Positions 1 to 10,038 of a DNA stretch of 64,000 nucleotides are shown piece by piece. Below the pieces are notes generated by a model. The model did no database searches. It had not been told where the DNA came from and saw only the letters and a list, made by a program, of their open reading frames with translations. Location of the stretch: NCBI GenBank assembly GCA_050309605.1, contig JBNRMN010000067.1, positions 32,001-96,000 on the forward strand, in the 5' to 3' direction. Made by a program: the position numbers and the translations under genes. The stretch's first letter is position 1. Each line of letters opens with the position of its first letter. The DNA is from Anaerohalosphaeraceae bacterium. GTDB lineage: Bacteria > Planctomycetota > Phycisphaerae > Sedimentisphaerales > Anaerohalosphaeraceae.

Positions 1-1042
1 CAGTACCACCATGCTGCCGGGACAAACCATCGTTGGCGATGATATCGCCTATTTCCGCAAACGCTACGGCAAGGCATACGCCGCCAACGTCGAGCAGGGC
101 ATCTTCGGCATCATCAACGACGTGAACGCCGAAAATGATCCGGTGATCTTCAAAGCACTGAAAACCCCCGGCGAGGTCATTTTCGGCAATGTCCTGATCG
201 CCGACGGCAAGCCCTATTGGGAGGGCATGGGTGAGGCAATCCCCGATAAAGGCGTCAATTTCAGCGGTCCGTGGCACAAAGGCAAAACCGACAAAGACGG
301 CAATCCCGTCCCCCCGTCGCACAAGAACGCCCGTTACACCATTCGGCTTTCGGCCCTGGAGAATCTGGACAGCCAAGCCGACAACCCCGAAGGCGTGCCC
401 ATCGGCGGCATCATCTATGGCGGACGCGACAGCGATACCCAGGTACCGGTCGAGCAGGCCTTTGACTGGGCTGAGGGTGTCATCGCCAAAGGCGCCGCCA
501 TCGAATCGGAAACCACCGCCGCTACCCTTGGCAAGGCCGGTGTGCGAAAGTTCAACATTATGGCCAATCAGGATTTTGTTTCGATTCCGCTGGGCAAGTA
601 TATCCAGAATAATCTGGACTTCGCCGTAGGACTGGAACAGCCTCCGTCCATCTTTTCGGTCAACTATTTTCGGCAGGATGAAAACGGCAAGTTTCTCAAC
701 GGCAAGCTGGACAAGATGATCTGGCTGCTCTGGGCCGAGTTGCGAGTCAACGGCGACGTCGATGCGCTGAAGACCCCGACCGGCTGGATTCCCAAATATG
801 AAGATCTCGTGCCGCTGTTTAGATGCAAGCTGAAGATTTGCTATTCAAAAGAGGCCTACGAAAAGCAGTTTACCGTGCGTGTGGCCAACCTGCTGGCCAA
901 ATATGACCGCGTTGAAAAAATCTACCGCGAAAAGGTCAGCGACACGCCGCAACTGGTTTATGAGACCTTCGAGGCCATTCGCAAACGACTCAAAGACGCC
1001 CAGGCCCAACACGGCGACACCATCAGCCCGTTTGCCCTGTAA
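1..1042 (+). CDS. pckG: Phosphoenolpyruvate carboxykinase (GTP), C-terminal part (5' end outside window)
   Basis: IVGDDIAY metal-binding motif, H-x-NARY, IIYGGRD and IFSVNYF motifs of GTP-dependent PEPCK; the frame is open to the window edge. Confidence 0.92.
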   Translation, partial: STTMLPGQTIVGDDIAYFRKRYGKAYAANVEQGIFGIINDVNAENDPVIFKALKTPGEVIFGNVLIADGKPYWEGMGEAIPDKGVNFSGPWHKGKTDKDGNPVPPSHKNARYTIRLSALENLDSQADNPEGVPIGGIIYGGRDSDTQVPVEQAFDWAEGVIAKGAAIESETTAATLGKAGVRKFNIMANQDFVSIPLGKYIQNNLDFAVGLEQPPSIFSVNYFRQDENGKFLNGKLDKMIWLLWAELRVNGDVDALKTPTGWIPKYEDLVPLFRCKLKICYSKEAYEKQFTVRVANLLAKYDRVEKIYREKVSDTPQLVYETFEAIRKRLKDAQAQHGDTISPFAL

Positions 1043-1070
1043 AATGAATCTGTTTTGAGTTTGCAATCTC

Positions 1071-1136
1071 AAAAGGCGACTTGCCTGAGCGGCTTTCAAT
1101 GCCGTTATAGACCAGGCATGTCGCCTTTTTCTTTTT
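1071..1136 (+). terminator. Intrinsic terminator-like hairpin after pckG
   Basis: Arms aaaaggcgacttgcctg (1071-1087) and caggcatgtcgcctttt (1113-1129) with one mismatch, followed by T-rich tract. Confidence 0.75.
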
Positions 1137-1139
1137 AGC

Positions 1140-1167
1140 TTGACTTGCTCAAGGCAAGGTCTATAAT
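1140..1167 (+). promoter_or_regulatory. Sigma70-type promoter for the 1957-aa protein gene
   Basis: TTGACT-N16-TATAAT. Confidence 0.6.
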
Positions 1168-1353
1168 GAAGTGCGGTAATAGTCGGAAGCTTGCCTGTGT
1201 GGCGTGTCCGTGGATGCCGGGAGAAGACCTGTTCAACCTCTTGCTATATTTTCCCCTCGCCTTCATCGGGTTTCTTTAGGGCCTGCAATAGGCTAAAGTC
1301 TATCAATAAAAATATTTTTAGGCATTGCATTAGTCAAGGAAAGAGAGGCGGTT

Positions 1354-4300
1354 ATGAAGAAGGCAACATCTATCTTGGTTATCGGTTTTTTGTTCATGGC
1401 GTGTTTGTCCGGCATCTGCACAGGCGCAACACTGACCGTCGGCCCGGACGACGACTTGACAAGCATCCAGGCAGCTATTGATTTCGCCGAAGGCGGTGAT
1501 GAGATCATTGTCGCGCCGGGGATTTACTCTGAGGCTATCAATTTCCACGGCAAGGCCGTGCGTTTATACAGCAGCGGCGGGCCGGAGGTAACAACCATTG
1601 ACGGAACCGGCCATTATCACGTCGTCCAGTGCGTCAGCTACGAAGGCCACGACACTGTCCTTGAGGGCTTTACCGTCACCGGCGGCAACGCCGACGGCAG
1701 CACCCACCCCGATGCGTCCGGTGGCGGGATGCTCAATATCGACAGCAGCCCAACAGTGACCGGCTGTATTTTTACCGCCAATGCGTCCATTGGCTACGGC
1801 GGGGGGATGTACAATCAAGGCGGCAGCCCGATCGTGACCAACTGCACTTTCTTCAATAACACAGCGTCTTTCGGCGGGGGGATGTATAATTTATGGGGCA
1901 GCCCCATCGCGGCCGGCTGCACCTTCAACGAAAACTCAGCGAATGCCCGCGGCGGCGGGATGTATAACAGCCACAGCAGTCCGGCGGTAACGACTTGTAT
2001 CTTCAGCGGTAACTCCGCCACGACTAATGAGGGCGGCGGAATGTATAATGATAACAGCAGTCCGACCCTCAAACACTGTCTGTTTTCGGGCAACTCCGCC
2101 AATTCGGGCGGCGCGATGTCTAATGTTTACAGCTCTTCGGCTGTCATCAACTGTCAGTTCACGGGCAACTCGGCTGAGAGCTCCGGCGGCGGAATCCATA
2201 ACCACAGCGGCAGTTCATCCTTTATCAACTGTATTTTTATCGACAACACCACCGGAGGATTCGGCGGCGCGATGTTCAATGTCAACAGCAGCAGCCCGAT
2301 CTTGGTGAACTGTACGTTGACCCGCAATTCGGGGCTTTACGGCAGCGGAATTGTCAATTGGTCCAGTACGCCGTCGCTGAAAAACTGTATTGTGTGGGGC
2401 AATTTCGTCAAATTCGGTTATGCTCAAATACACAATGAAATGGGAAGTACAACAACGGTTACTTACAGTAACATCCAGGGCGGTTATTCCGGCACGGGCA
2501 ACAAGAACGTCGATCCTCTGTTTGTCAATGCGGCCGGCGGCAATGCGCGTCTGTCGGCCGGTTCGCCCTGCATCAATGCCGGTAGTAACGCGGCGGTGCC
2601 GGCGGGTGTTCTTATGGATTTGGACGGCCATTTCCGTGTGGTGAATGCTGTTGTCGATATGGGCGCCTATGAGTACTATGCCGATGTGCCGCTGGACATT
2701 CACAATGTCACAAAGGACTTCTATTACGCAACCATTCAGGCGGCGATCAATGACGCGGCCTATGGGGACCAGATCCAGGTTCCGCCCGGCACGTACACTC
2801 TGCCGATCAATTTTCTTGGCAAGGCCGTGCGGCTTTACAGCAGCGACGGGCCGGAGGTAACGATCATTGATGCGGCCGGTCGGAACAGTTCGGTGGTCCT
2901 CTGCGAAAGCGGCGAAGGGCCGGATACGCGTCTTGAGGGGTTTACCGTCACCGGCGGAAGCGGCGGGATGATCAACATCAACAGCAGTCCCACAGTCAAA
3001 AACTGCATCATTAAAAGTAATTCGTCCGGTGAACATGGCGGGGGGATGTATAACTATGCTGCCCGTCCGACAGTGATTAACTGTATCTTCAGCCATAATA
3101 CTGCCGCTTTTCATGGCGGGGGGATGACAAACAAATACAGCAGTCCTACGGTCGTCAATTGTGTATTCAGCCAAAACACCGCGGGGGCAGGCGGCGGCGG
3201 GATGGCCAACGACGTTGGCAGCAGCCCGACGGTAACCAACTGCTCGTTCGCGAACAATACGGCCAACGATTACGACGGCGGCGGCGGCGGGATGTACAAT
3301 TACGGTAGCAGTCCGACGGTAACCAACTGTATCGTGTGGGGCAATTTGCCTAATCAGTTGATCAATGACGCCAGCAGTCCTGTTGTTTCCTATAGCAGCA
3401 TTCAGGGGGGGGTTGCGGGGACAGGCAATATCGACGCCGATCCGCAGTTTGTGGATGCGGCTGGCGGCGACCTGCGGCTGATATGGTTTTCGGCCTGCCT
3501 CGATGCTGGGGAAAATGCGGCTGTAGCCCAGGATGTTACGACGGACCTGGCGGGCCATGCGCGCATCACGGACGGCAAGGGGATCGGCACGGCCGTGGTG
3601 GACATAGGAGCGTATGAGTACCGGCACTATGAGAGTTTGGGCCTATCATTGCAGATCACTCTTTCGCCTGCGGAAGCCGTCGATGCGGGGGCGAGCTGGC
3701 GCCTGGCGGGGCAAGCGGACTGGTGCGCTTCGGGCGAAACGCTTAGCGATTTGCCGCCCGGCTTTTATGAGGTGCAGTTCAGCGAACCGAACGCCTGGTT
3801 CGCGCCGGACAGTATGCGGGTCTGTGTGATGCGAGACCTGCCGGTCTGCCAGACGGTCACATACAGGCCCGTGGAAACGTTCGATATCGGACAGATACCG
3901 CCGGCCGGTGTGCCGCACGGCAGGACGCTTGCATTTTATGTATATTCGCAGTTGTTCGGGCCTCAGGCACTGCCTTCGATGATGGCTCTGCCGGAACCGG
4001 AAGGGCAAATGACCTTCGATCCACAGAGCGGGCTGTTTGTGTATCGCCCCGGTGAAAATGATGTGCTGCCCTTTGACGTTGTCTTTACTGCGACGCTGGC
4101 CGACCAGATCGATGAACAGGTCATTACGGTTTTGCCGATAGCCCAGTTGCCGGAAGAATACGCATTTGTCAGTGCGCCGGTACAGGACTTTCCGGATGAT
4201 CAGAGCCGGGACTATTTGTTTGTAAACGAGATATTCAGTGAAGATACGCAGATGCTTAATGGACTGAACAGGACAGTGCGGTTGGTTACCATTGCGGGTA

Positions 4301-7227
4301 AAACGGTGGTGTTTGAGGCCGGTTGTGCCAACGGCCTCTATGAGGCCTTCAGTAATCCGGCCGACGGGCCGCCGTATATTGCCGATATCGCCGAGATGAC
4401 CGTGTATGCCGAAACAGTGGTTATCGGCAGCCGTCTGCATTTGCCGCAAACCAACGTAACGATCTATGCGCGACAGCTTGTGTTCACCGGAGCCGATGCG
4501 CAGGTGGTGACGACGCCTTGCGCCGACGGACTCGACGGCGGCGACATTGCCCTGTATATCGACGCGTTTGAGTCCGATGGTCAGGTCGGTCGTTTTGTAC
4601 TTGTCGGCAGTACCGGCCAAGGCGGCGACCCGGCGGGTCGGGCCGGGCAGCTAAGCCATACGCTCAACATGTATAAGCCCCTGGCGTGGCTGTCGCCGTA
4701 TGCAATCAAGATGGGGCTGGCCCATGTCCGGGATGCTTATCTTCATGGCTATTCGGCCGCGGCGGTCGATCTGCTTTCAGATTACCAAATGCTGCTTGAG
4801 GCCGTGATGAGACCGGAAACGTGGAACAGCCTGGACAGCCGATGGCAGTTGGAATTTGAGCAGATGCACGGCGAGATAGTGACGCTGCTGCATCGACTCG
4901 AAAATGGTCAGGATTATTTCGGCAATCCGGCCGGGTGGGTGCCGATGCTGTCATTTGAGATTACCAAAGCATTCTATGAACAGGAAATTGATCGTACGTT
5001 ACGGATATTATATCTTTCCTACTGGCTTCAGAATAAAGCCGTGCAGATCGAACAAAAGGCCAATGGGCTGGCCAATTCGCGCAACATCTTGTGGCAGCAG
5101 GCGCAGGCCTTTCGCAATCAGTATGAGGCGATTCAAGCAATGATGCCGACGCTGAAGTATGAAGCCGAACAGATATTGACGCGGATTGGTCAGGCCGATT
5201 CGCAAGCGTGCTTCGGCTTGCTGTGCGAGTTAAAGCAAAGGGAACAAGAGCTTATCGCGCAGGCCGATCGGCGTGTTGAAAAACGCTATAAAATTCCTTT
5301 GTGGAAGAGGTATTTTCGGGCGCTGGCCTTCTCTGCAACATCGACTATCGAAGGCGCCGCCGCAGGAGGCAAGGCGGGCCTGGCAGGAGGTGTTCTCAAG
5401 GGAGATATTAACCTTTATCTTAAAGAGCTTCCCGCGCACTTTGATCCCTGGCCGACCATCAGCAGCCGCACGGATGTGGCCAGGACATTTGACAACATCG
5501 ATTTCGCGGCGGAAAGCAGCCGGTGGCTTGGCACTTTAGACGATATCGGCAGTCAGGATGATTTTGAGGATGGCGCCGAAACGTTTCTTCAGAACCTCCG
5601 ATCACAGGCCGCGGCCATAGCAGACGGTATGCATGAGGTTAAAGAGTCTTTGCGGGCAACCTCTCTGGACAATGAAGAAGTGCAGGTCGAACTCGAAAGG
5701 ATCAAGGCCGAGGACCCGATCTTCAACAGGCTGGTGGATCAGATTACCCAGCTTGCCGTTGAGAAGGAAGTGTTCAATCGTCAGCTTTCGGTTGCGATGC
5801 AGAAAGTCTCTGAGCTATCCAATGCCATCACGAACAATCTGCTGGCTATCGACGCTTTGAACCGGGATGCGAGCCATCTGAATCAAGTAATCGGCCCGCG
5901 AGCGATGCTGTATGTCAAGGATATGCAGAAAAGGGGGCTGGAGCGGCTTCAGAAGTATCATTATTACCTGGCCAAGTCGTACGAATACCGTATGCTTGAG
6001 CCGTCGCCCTTGAATTTGGATATTCACAAAATGTTCGACGCGATGCAGGGTATTGCCTCTTTGAATGGGACGCTTGAGCCGGAAGATTTTAACACATTGA
6101 AGACGGCATATGAAGCAGAGCTCTGGGAGTTGACCGATAGAATCTATGAGGACTACCAGAATTACGGAAGCGCTGATTATGGAACCCCTGAGATGCACAC
6201 GTTTTTGGGACTGGAGCTTTCCGACGGGCAAATCGCGGATCTCAACGCCGGACGGACAGTGTCCGTCAATCTCAAAGATGCCCTGAGATTCCCGTACAAT
6301 GAAGAAAACATCCGCATCACAAATGTTGAAGTCTTAGAAATGACCTTGGCTGAGCAATATGACAACAAAGAGGATTATTTTGATTTCTGGATCGAGCATG
6401 GCGGGGTGTCCAGACTGCAGAAGAAAGGGCAGATCTACCGATTCATCCACTACACGGACATCGGCAGGGAACTGAATCCGCATCATTGGAGCCGGCGTTA
6501 CTTCGGGGACGGGGACTCGGTACCTCACAGTCCAAGCGATGCGAGCAAGTCCTTATTGTACAGCTTGCTGTCCAGCTCAAAGACGTCAACAGACGTCAGC
6601 GCTATTATGCTTTACGCCCGGCCGGGAGCGTGGGCCGATATGACATTAAAGAAAAGACCGCATGAAGAAAACACAGCAGAGCTTGTGATCGAAACAGTCC
6701 GCCTCAGGGTTTTCTATGACTACAATTTACGGCATACTTCCCGGCGTACGCTGCAGGTGGCCACAGAGCCGAAGGCGGTTCATCCCTGCTATTTGATCAG
6801 CCAGGTGGATGTGCTGGATCGGCAGGTCGGCTTGGGCGAGTTTTACAGAACCTACGATGCGTCCGTTCCATCGGTCACCGTCACGGCGCCCTTGAGGTGG
6901 GGCCATTATGAGTTTCAAAGGTGGGCTGACGGCGCAGGGAACACGGTGACTACAACTCCGGGAATACCGGAAGAAGCAGCGGTTGATCTAAGTACCAACA
7001 GAAAACGCGTCGCTCAATACGTATATACAGGACCGCTGCCGAATGCAGCTGACTTTAAGGAAGATTACTGGGTCGATTTTTATGATTTTTCTGCTTTGGC
7101 CGGTGCGTGGATGACCGAGCCTGGGGATCCGGACTGGGATGAGCGTTGCGATGTTTTTGAGGACGGCATCATTGATCTGCTTGACTTTCTGGTATTGTCA
7201 GAGAACTGGCTGGAGATCGGGTTTTAA
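1354..7227 (+). CDS. Large secreted modular protein: two right-handed beta-helix modules, PEGA/Ig-like linkers, long helical TcA-like region, C-terminal dockerin-like paired EF-hand domain
   Basis: Signal peptide (MKKATSILVIGFLFMACLSG); many GGGMYN-x3-SP-x-V-x-NC-x-F-x2-N repeats ending in VDMGAYE/VDIGAYE; coiled-coil-rich central region; C-terminal ADFKEDYWVDFYDF...CDVFEDGIIDLLDF...ENWL; RBS gaggcgg. Confidence 0.8.
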   Translation: MKKATSILVIGFLFMACLSGICTGATLTVGPDDDLTSIQAAIDFAEGGDEIIVAPGIYSEAINFHGKAVRLYSSGGPEVTTIDGTGHYHVVQCVSYEGHDTVLEGFTVTGGNADGSTHPDASGGGMLNIDSSPTVTGCIFTANASIGYGGGMYNQGGSPIVTNCTFFNNTASFGGGMYNLWGSPIAAGCTFNENSANARGGGMYNSHSSPAVTTCIFSGNSATTNEGGGMYNDNSSPTLKHCLFSGNSANSGGAMSNVYSSSAVINCQFTGNSAESSGGGIHNHSGSSSFINCIFIDNTTGGFGGAMFNVNSSSPILVNCTLTRNSGLYGSGIVNWSSTPSLKNCIVWGNFVKFGYAQIHNEMGSTTTVTYSNIQGGYSGTGNKNVDPLFVNAAGGNARLSAGSPCINAGSNAAVPAGVLMDLDGHFRVVNAVVDMGAYEYYADVPLDIHNVTKDFYYATIQAAINDAAYGDQIQVPPGTYTLPINFLGKAVRLYSSDGPEVTIIDAAGRNSSVVLCESGEGPDTRLEGFTVTGGSGGMININSSPTVKNCIIKSNSSGEHGGGMYNYAARPTVINCIFSHNTAAFHGGGMTNKYSSPTVVNCVFSQNTAGAGGGGMANDVGSSPTVTNCSFANNTANDYDGGGGGMYNYGSSPTVTNCIVWGNLPNQLINDASSPVVSYSSIQGGVAGTGNIDADPQFVDAAGGDLRLIWFSACLDAGENAAVAQDVTTDLAGHARITDGKGIGTAVVDIGAYEYRHYESLGLSLQITLSPAEAVDAGASWRLAGQADWCASGETLSDLPPGFYEVQFSEPNAWFAPDSMRVCVMRDLPVCQTVTYRPVETFDIGQIPPAGVPHGRTLAFYVYSQLFGPQALPSMMALPEPEGQMTFDPQSGLFVYRPGENDVLPFDVVFTATLADQIDEQVITVLPIAQLPEEYAFVSAPVQDFPDDQSRDYLFVNEIFSEDTQMLNGLNRTVRLVTIAGKTVVFEAGCANGLYEAFSNPADGPPYIADIAEMTVYAETVVIGSRLHLPQTNVTIYARQLVFTGADAQVVTTPCADGLDGGDIALYIDAFESDGQVGRFVLVGSTGQGGDPAGRAGQLSHTLNMYKPLAWLSPYAIKMGLAHVRDAYLHGYSAAAVDLLSDYQMLLEAVMRPETWNSLDSRWQLEFEQMHGEIVTLLHRLENGQDYFGNPAGWVPMLSFEITKAFYEQEIDRTLRILYLSYWLQNKAVQIEQKANGLANSRNILWQQAQAFRNQYEAIQAMMPTLKYEAEQILTRIGQADSQACFGLLCELKQREQELIAQADRRVEKRYKIPLWKRYFRALAFSATSTIEGAAAGGKAGLAGGVLKGDINLYLKELPAHFDPWPTISSRTDVARTFDNIDFAAESSRWLGTLDDIGSQDDFEDGAETFLQNLRSQAAAIADGMHEVKESLRATSLDNEEVQVELERIKAEDPIFNRLVDQITQLAVEKEVFNRQLSVAMQKVSELSNAITNNLLAIDALNRDASHLNQVIGPRAMLYVKDMQKRGLERLQKYHYYLAKSYEYRMLEPSPLNLDIHKMFDAMQGIASLNGTLEPEDFNTLKTAYEAELWELTDRIYEDYQNYGSADYGTPEMHTFLGLELSDGQIADLNAGRTVSVNLKDALRFPYNEENIRITNVEVLEMTLAEQYDNKEDYFDFWIEHGGVSRLQKKGQIYRFIHYTDIGRELNPHHWSRRYFGDGDSVPHSPSDASKSLLYSLLSSSKTSTDVSAIMLYARPGAWADMTLKKRPHEENTAELVIETVRLRVFYDYNLRHTSRRTLQVATEPKAVHPCYLISQVDVLDRQVGLGEFYRTYDASVPSVTVTAPLRWGHYEFQRWADGAGNTVTTTPGIPEEAAVDLSTNRKRVAQYVYTGPLPNAADFKEDYWVDFYDFSALAGAWMTEPGDPDWDERCDVFEDGIIDLLDFLVLSENWLEIGF

Positions 7228-7295
7228 TTCGTGACCGATGAGGATGGACAATGAAGGGTTGAGGGGGCACCCGATGCCGGGATAGTCCTGTAAAG

Positions 7296-7325
7296 AAAAA
7301 GCCGACCTTTTGGGGTCGGTTTTTT
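7296..7325. terminator. Bidirectional intrinsic terminator between convergent genes
   Basis: aaaaagccgacc-ttttgg-ggtcggtttttt. Confidence 0.8.
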
Positions 7326-7349
7326 GGGGGCGTTGTGTGCTTTGGGCTG

Positions 7350-7871
7350 CTACCAGTTGGCAGGGTAGCGGATCTGGCGAGGGCCGATATTAAACGTTCG
7401 GCTCAGGCTTTCGACCAGATCATTGGTGCGCTGCACTTGACTGTTGGTCAGGGTGTTTCGTTCCTTGCCGATGACGCAGATGCGGATTGTACCGTCCTGC
7501 TTGGCCGTGAGTTGCTGGCTCCACTGCGACGAGGTCTGGATGCGTCCGTCCTCGGCGCCGTTGCCGTTGCAAATCAGAAAATGAAACTGCTCGGCCCGAC
7601 CGTCGGCCAGACTCATCAAAAGAGGCAGTTCTTCCGCGTTGCCCGCCGCCGTCCGGCTGTAAAAAATCTCAACGCCGTTCCAATGGACGGGCGTCGTGTG
7701 CAGGGTATTTTTGACGACCTGTTCGACAGGGTCCAGACGCAGATAACTGGACAGGCTGTACGCCCCGGCGCCAGGCGCATAATTATCCAGCGCCATCAAG
7801 ATCATCGCACCCCCGGTCATCGCCGCCAACAGGGCGAACAACACCGCTACCGTGCGATTTTGACCTGCCAT
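7350..7871 (-). CDS. Membrane-anchored/secreted N-acetylmuramoyl-L-alanine amidase (Amidase_2/PGRP)-like protein, zinc ligands apparently degenerate
   Basis: N-terminal hydrophobic helix; FHFLICNGNGAEDGRI, IRICVIG, Q-x3-T-x2-LV-x2-L-x3-FNI motifs; start placed at ATG 7871 (MAGQNRT). Confidence 0.6.
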   Translation of the reverse strand: MAGQNRTVAVLFALLAAMTGGAMILMALDNYAPGAGAYSLSSYLRLDPVEQVVKNTLHTTPVHWNGVEIFYSRTAAGNAEELPLLMSLADGRAEQFHFLICNGNGAEDGRIQTSSQWSQQLTAKQDGTIRICVIGKERNTLTNSQVQRTNDLVESLSRTFNIGPRQIRYPANW

Positions 7872-8238
7872 TATCTTCCCTGACGTTTCGGCCAACCTGC
7901 TCTGCCTTTGCGCTTTGTTATAGATGCATTCCATTACGTCGATTATAGCATTTTCATCGGCCATTTGCATCCATTTTATTCACCATTTTTTGTGCTTTTC
8001 CTCATTGTCTGTGTAAATTCTACATTATTTTTCGGTAGATGGGCGTTATGGCTTTGTCCAAACAAGCGCAATCTTGAAATTTTTGAAAAATTTTTTGGCT
8101 TCAACGGTGGGTTTGTATCGATAAAAAGACGTATAGGCAAAAAACGCCGATAGACGATTTAACCGATTTATAAACTTGACGACGAAACGAAAACCTGCGA
8201 TAACAGTCGTATCGAAAACGCAGAGCCAAGGAGATGTT

Positions 8239-8949
8239 ATGTCAGAGATAGATGTCATACGCCAAATCGCTCAGCAGGTGCTGTCGGTTCCTACGCTGGC
8301 GGGGATCAAAGACAACTGGTTATGGGACCGCACGCTGCGGATTCTGCGCAACGTCGAGCATATCTGCCGAATGCCCGAATTGACGGAAAAAGATGTGCAG
8401 GTGGACCGGTTCTGCCTGATCGCGGCGACGTATTTTGCCGATTCGGGCTTTGCCCATTACGCCGATGTGGAGGATATGTCGGCGCGGCTGGTGCTGGCCG
8501 ACATCAGCCAGACGGACTTGCGGGATTTTTCCACGCAGGTGGTCACCGACAAGCTCTCCGGGGCGCTGGCCGGCCCAAGGATCGATAAAATCAACAAAAT
8601 CATCGTCGAATCGAGCAATCGCTTTACGGAGATGACCGAGGCGATGATTCTCTCGGATGCGCGCAACCTCGACGACATGGGGGCGGTCGGCCTGTTCAAC
8701 GAGTTTCGCCGCTATGTCATCCACGGCAAGGGCGTCTCGGATGTCCTCGAAAGCTGGCGACGCAAGGTCGATTACCGCTACTGGCAGGCCCGGCTCAAGG
8801 AAAGCTATCGCTTTGAGTCCGTCAGGACGTTGGCCGAGCGGCGATTTGGCGCAACCGAATTTTTTATGAATCAGCTGGATGTCGAACACGCCGCACGCGA
8901 CCTCGAAGAACTCCTGCTCGAATCACTGGATAAATCCGGCTCAAAATAA
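8239..8949 (+). CDS. HD-domain-like protein, HD motif degenerate
   Basis: VDRFCLIAATYFAD, EAMILSDARNLDDMGAVG and A-x2-R pattern typical of HD-superfamily hydrolases; RBS aaggag. Confidence 0.6.
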   Translation: MSEIDVIRQIAQQVLSVPTLAGIKDNWLWDRTLRILRNVEHICRMPELTEKDVQVDRFCLIAATYFADSGFAHYADVEDMSARLVLADISQTDLRDFSTQVVTDKLSGALAGPRIDKINKIIVESSNRFTEMTEAMILSDARNLDDMGAVGLFNEFRRYVIHGKGVSDVLESWRRKVDYRYWQARLKESYRFESVRTLAERRFGATEFFMNQLDVEHAARDLEELLLESLDKSGSK

Positions 8950-8962
8950 AAATTCAGACATT

Positions 8963-9484
8963 ATGAAATACAATCCCATTACGGCGATATTTCCGGGGTC
9001 GTTTGACCCGATTACCAACGGCCATTTGGACGTGATTCGCCGCGGCAACAAGCTGTTTAGCCATCTGATTGTGGCGGTGGGGCAGAATCCGGACAAAGAA
9101 GAACTGTTTACCAAAGACGAACGGGTCGCGATGATTCGCGAACTGGTGGCCGATATGCCGCGGGTCTCGGTGGAAAGCTACGACTGCCTGACGGTGGAAT
9201 TTGCCGCCCGCAAGCACGCCAACGTGATGCTTCGCGGCCTGCGGAACCTGACGGATGTGGAGTATGAGTTTCAGTTGGCCATGACCAACCGCACCGTTGC
9301 GGGCATCGAGACGGTGTTTGTGATGACCAGCGAGGAGTACGGCTACGTCAATTCCACCATGGTGCGTCAACTGGCCCTGCTCGGCGGCGATGTCAGCAAA
9401 CTCATCCCGCCGACGGTCTTTGCCCGCCTCAAAGAGAAAGTCAGACAGAACAACCCGCGGCTCAAGCCCGACGTGCCGGAATGA
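8963..9484 (+). CDS. coaD: Phosphopantetheine adenylyltransferase
   Basis: FPGSFDPITNGHLD, RGLR, D-x-EYEFQLA-x2-NR motifs. Confidence 0.97.
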   Translation: MKYNPITAIFPGSFDPITNGHLDVIRRGNKLFSHLIVAVGQNPDKEELFTKDERVAMIRELVADMPRVSVESYDCLTVEFAARKHANVMLRGLRNLTDVEYEFQLAMTNRTVAGIETVFVMTSEEYGYVNSTMVRQLALLGGDVSKLIPPTVFARLKEKVRQNNPRLKPDVPE

Positions 9485-9486
9485 AG

Positions 9487-9544
9487 AGAATTTAGAATGT
9501 AGAATGTAGAATTATTAATTCAAAATTATCAATTCATAATTACC
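9487..9544. repeat. Two adjacent heptamer tandem arrays, (AGAATKW)x4 and (AATTMHH)x4
   Basis: agaattt agaatgt agaatgt agaatta, then aattcaa aattatc aattcat aattacc. Confidence 0.75.
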
Positions 9545-9916
9545 TTGTATTGGATCTTTGTCGAGACTGATTTTGAGGCGTCGCATCGGCTGGCATTTGC
9601 CGACGGCACGCAGGAGGATTTGCATTCGCATCGCTGGTACGTGATTGCGGCGGTGGGGGCGGCGAGCCTGAACGCTCAGGGACTGGTGATGGATTTTCTG
9701 GAGCTAAAACAACTTCTTGACGAGGTCGTCGAGCCGTTATCCGGTCAAAAGCTTGAAACCCTGCCGTGGTTCAGCGAAACCAACGCCTCAGCCGAGGCGG
9801 TCGCGCGCAGCCTGTTCGGGGCGCTGGCCGGACGGATTCGCCCGCCGGCGCGATTGGGCTATATCGAGGTCACCGAGGCGCCCGGCTGTCGGGCGCGCTT
9901 CCAGCCCGATACGTAA
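9545..9916 (+). CDS. queD: 6-carboxytetrahydropterin synthase / PTPS family protein
   Basis: FEASHRL, LHSH-x-W, G-x-VMDF-x2-LK, NASAE, V-x-E motifs; TTG start. Confidence 0.75.
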   Translation: MYWIFVETDFEASHRLAFADGTQEDLHSHRWYVIAAVGAASLNAQGLVMDFLELKQLLDEVVEPLSGQKLETLPWFSETNASAEAVARSLFGALAGRIRPPARLGYIEVTEAPGCRARFQPDT

Positions 9917-10038
9917 CGTATTGAAATACTTCCATTTAGCCATTTATTCACAAGGCCGCGGGCATTTTTTGTCGATATTCTTTGCGGATCGTATATAATA
10001 TAAGACGAACGTTGAATTTGACCGAGGATTATCATTTT

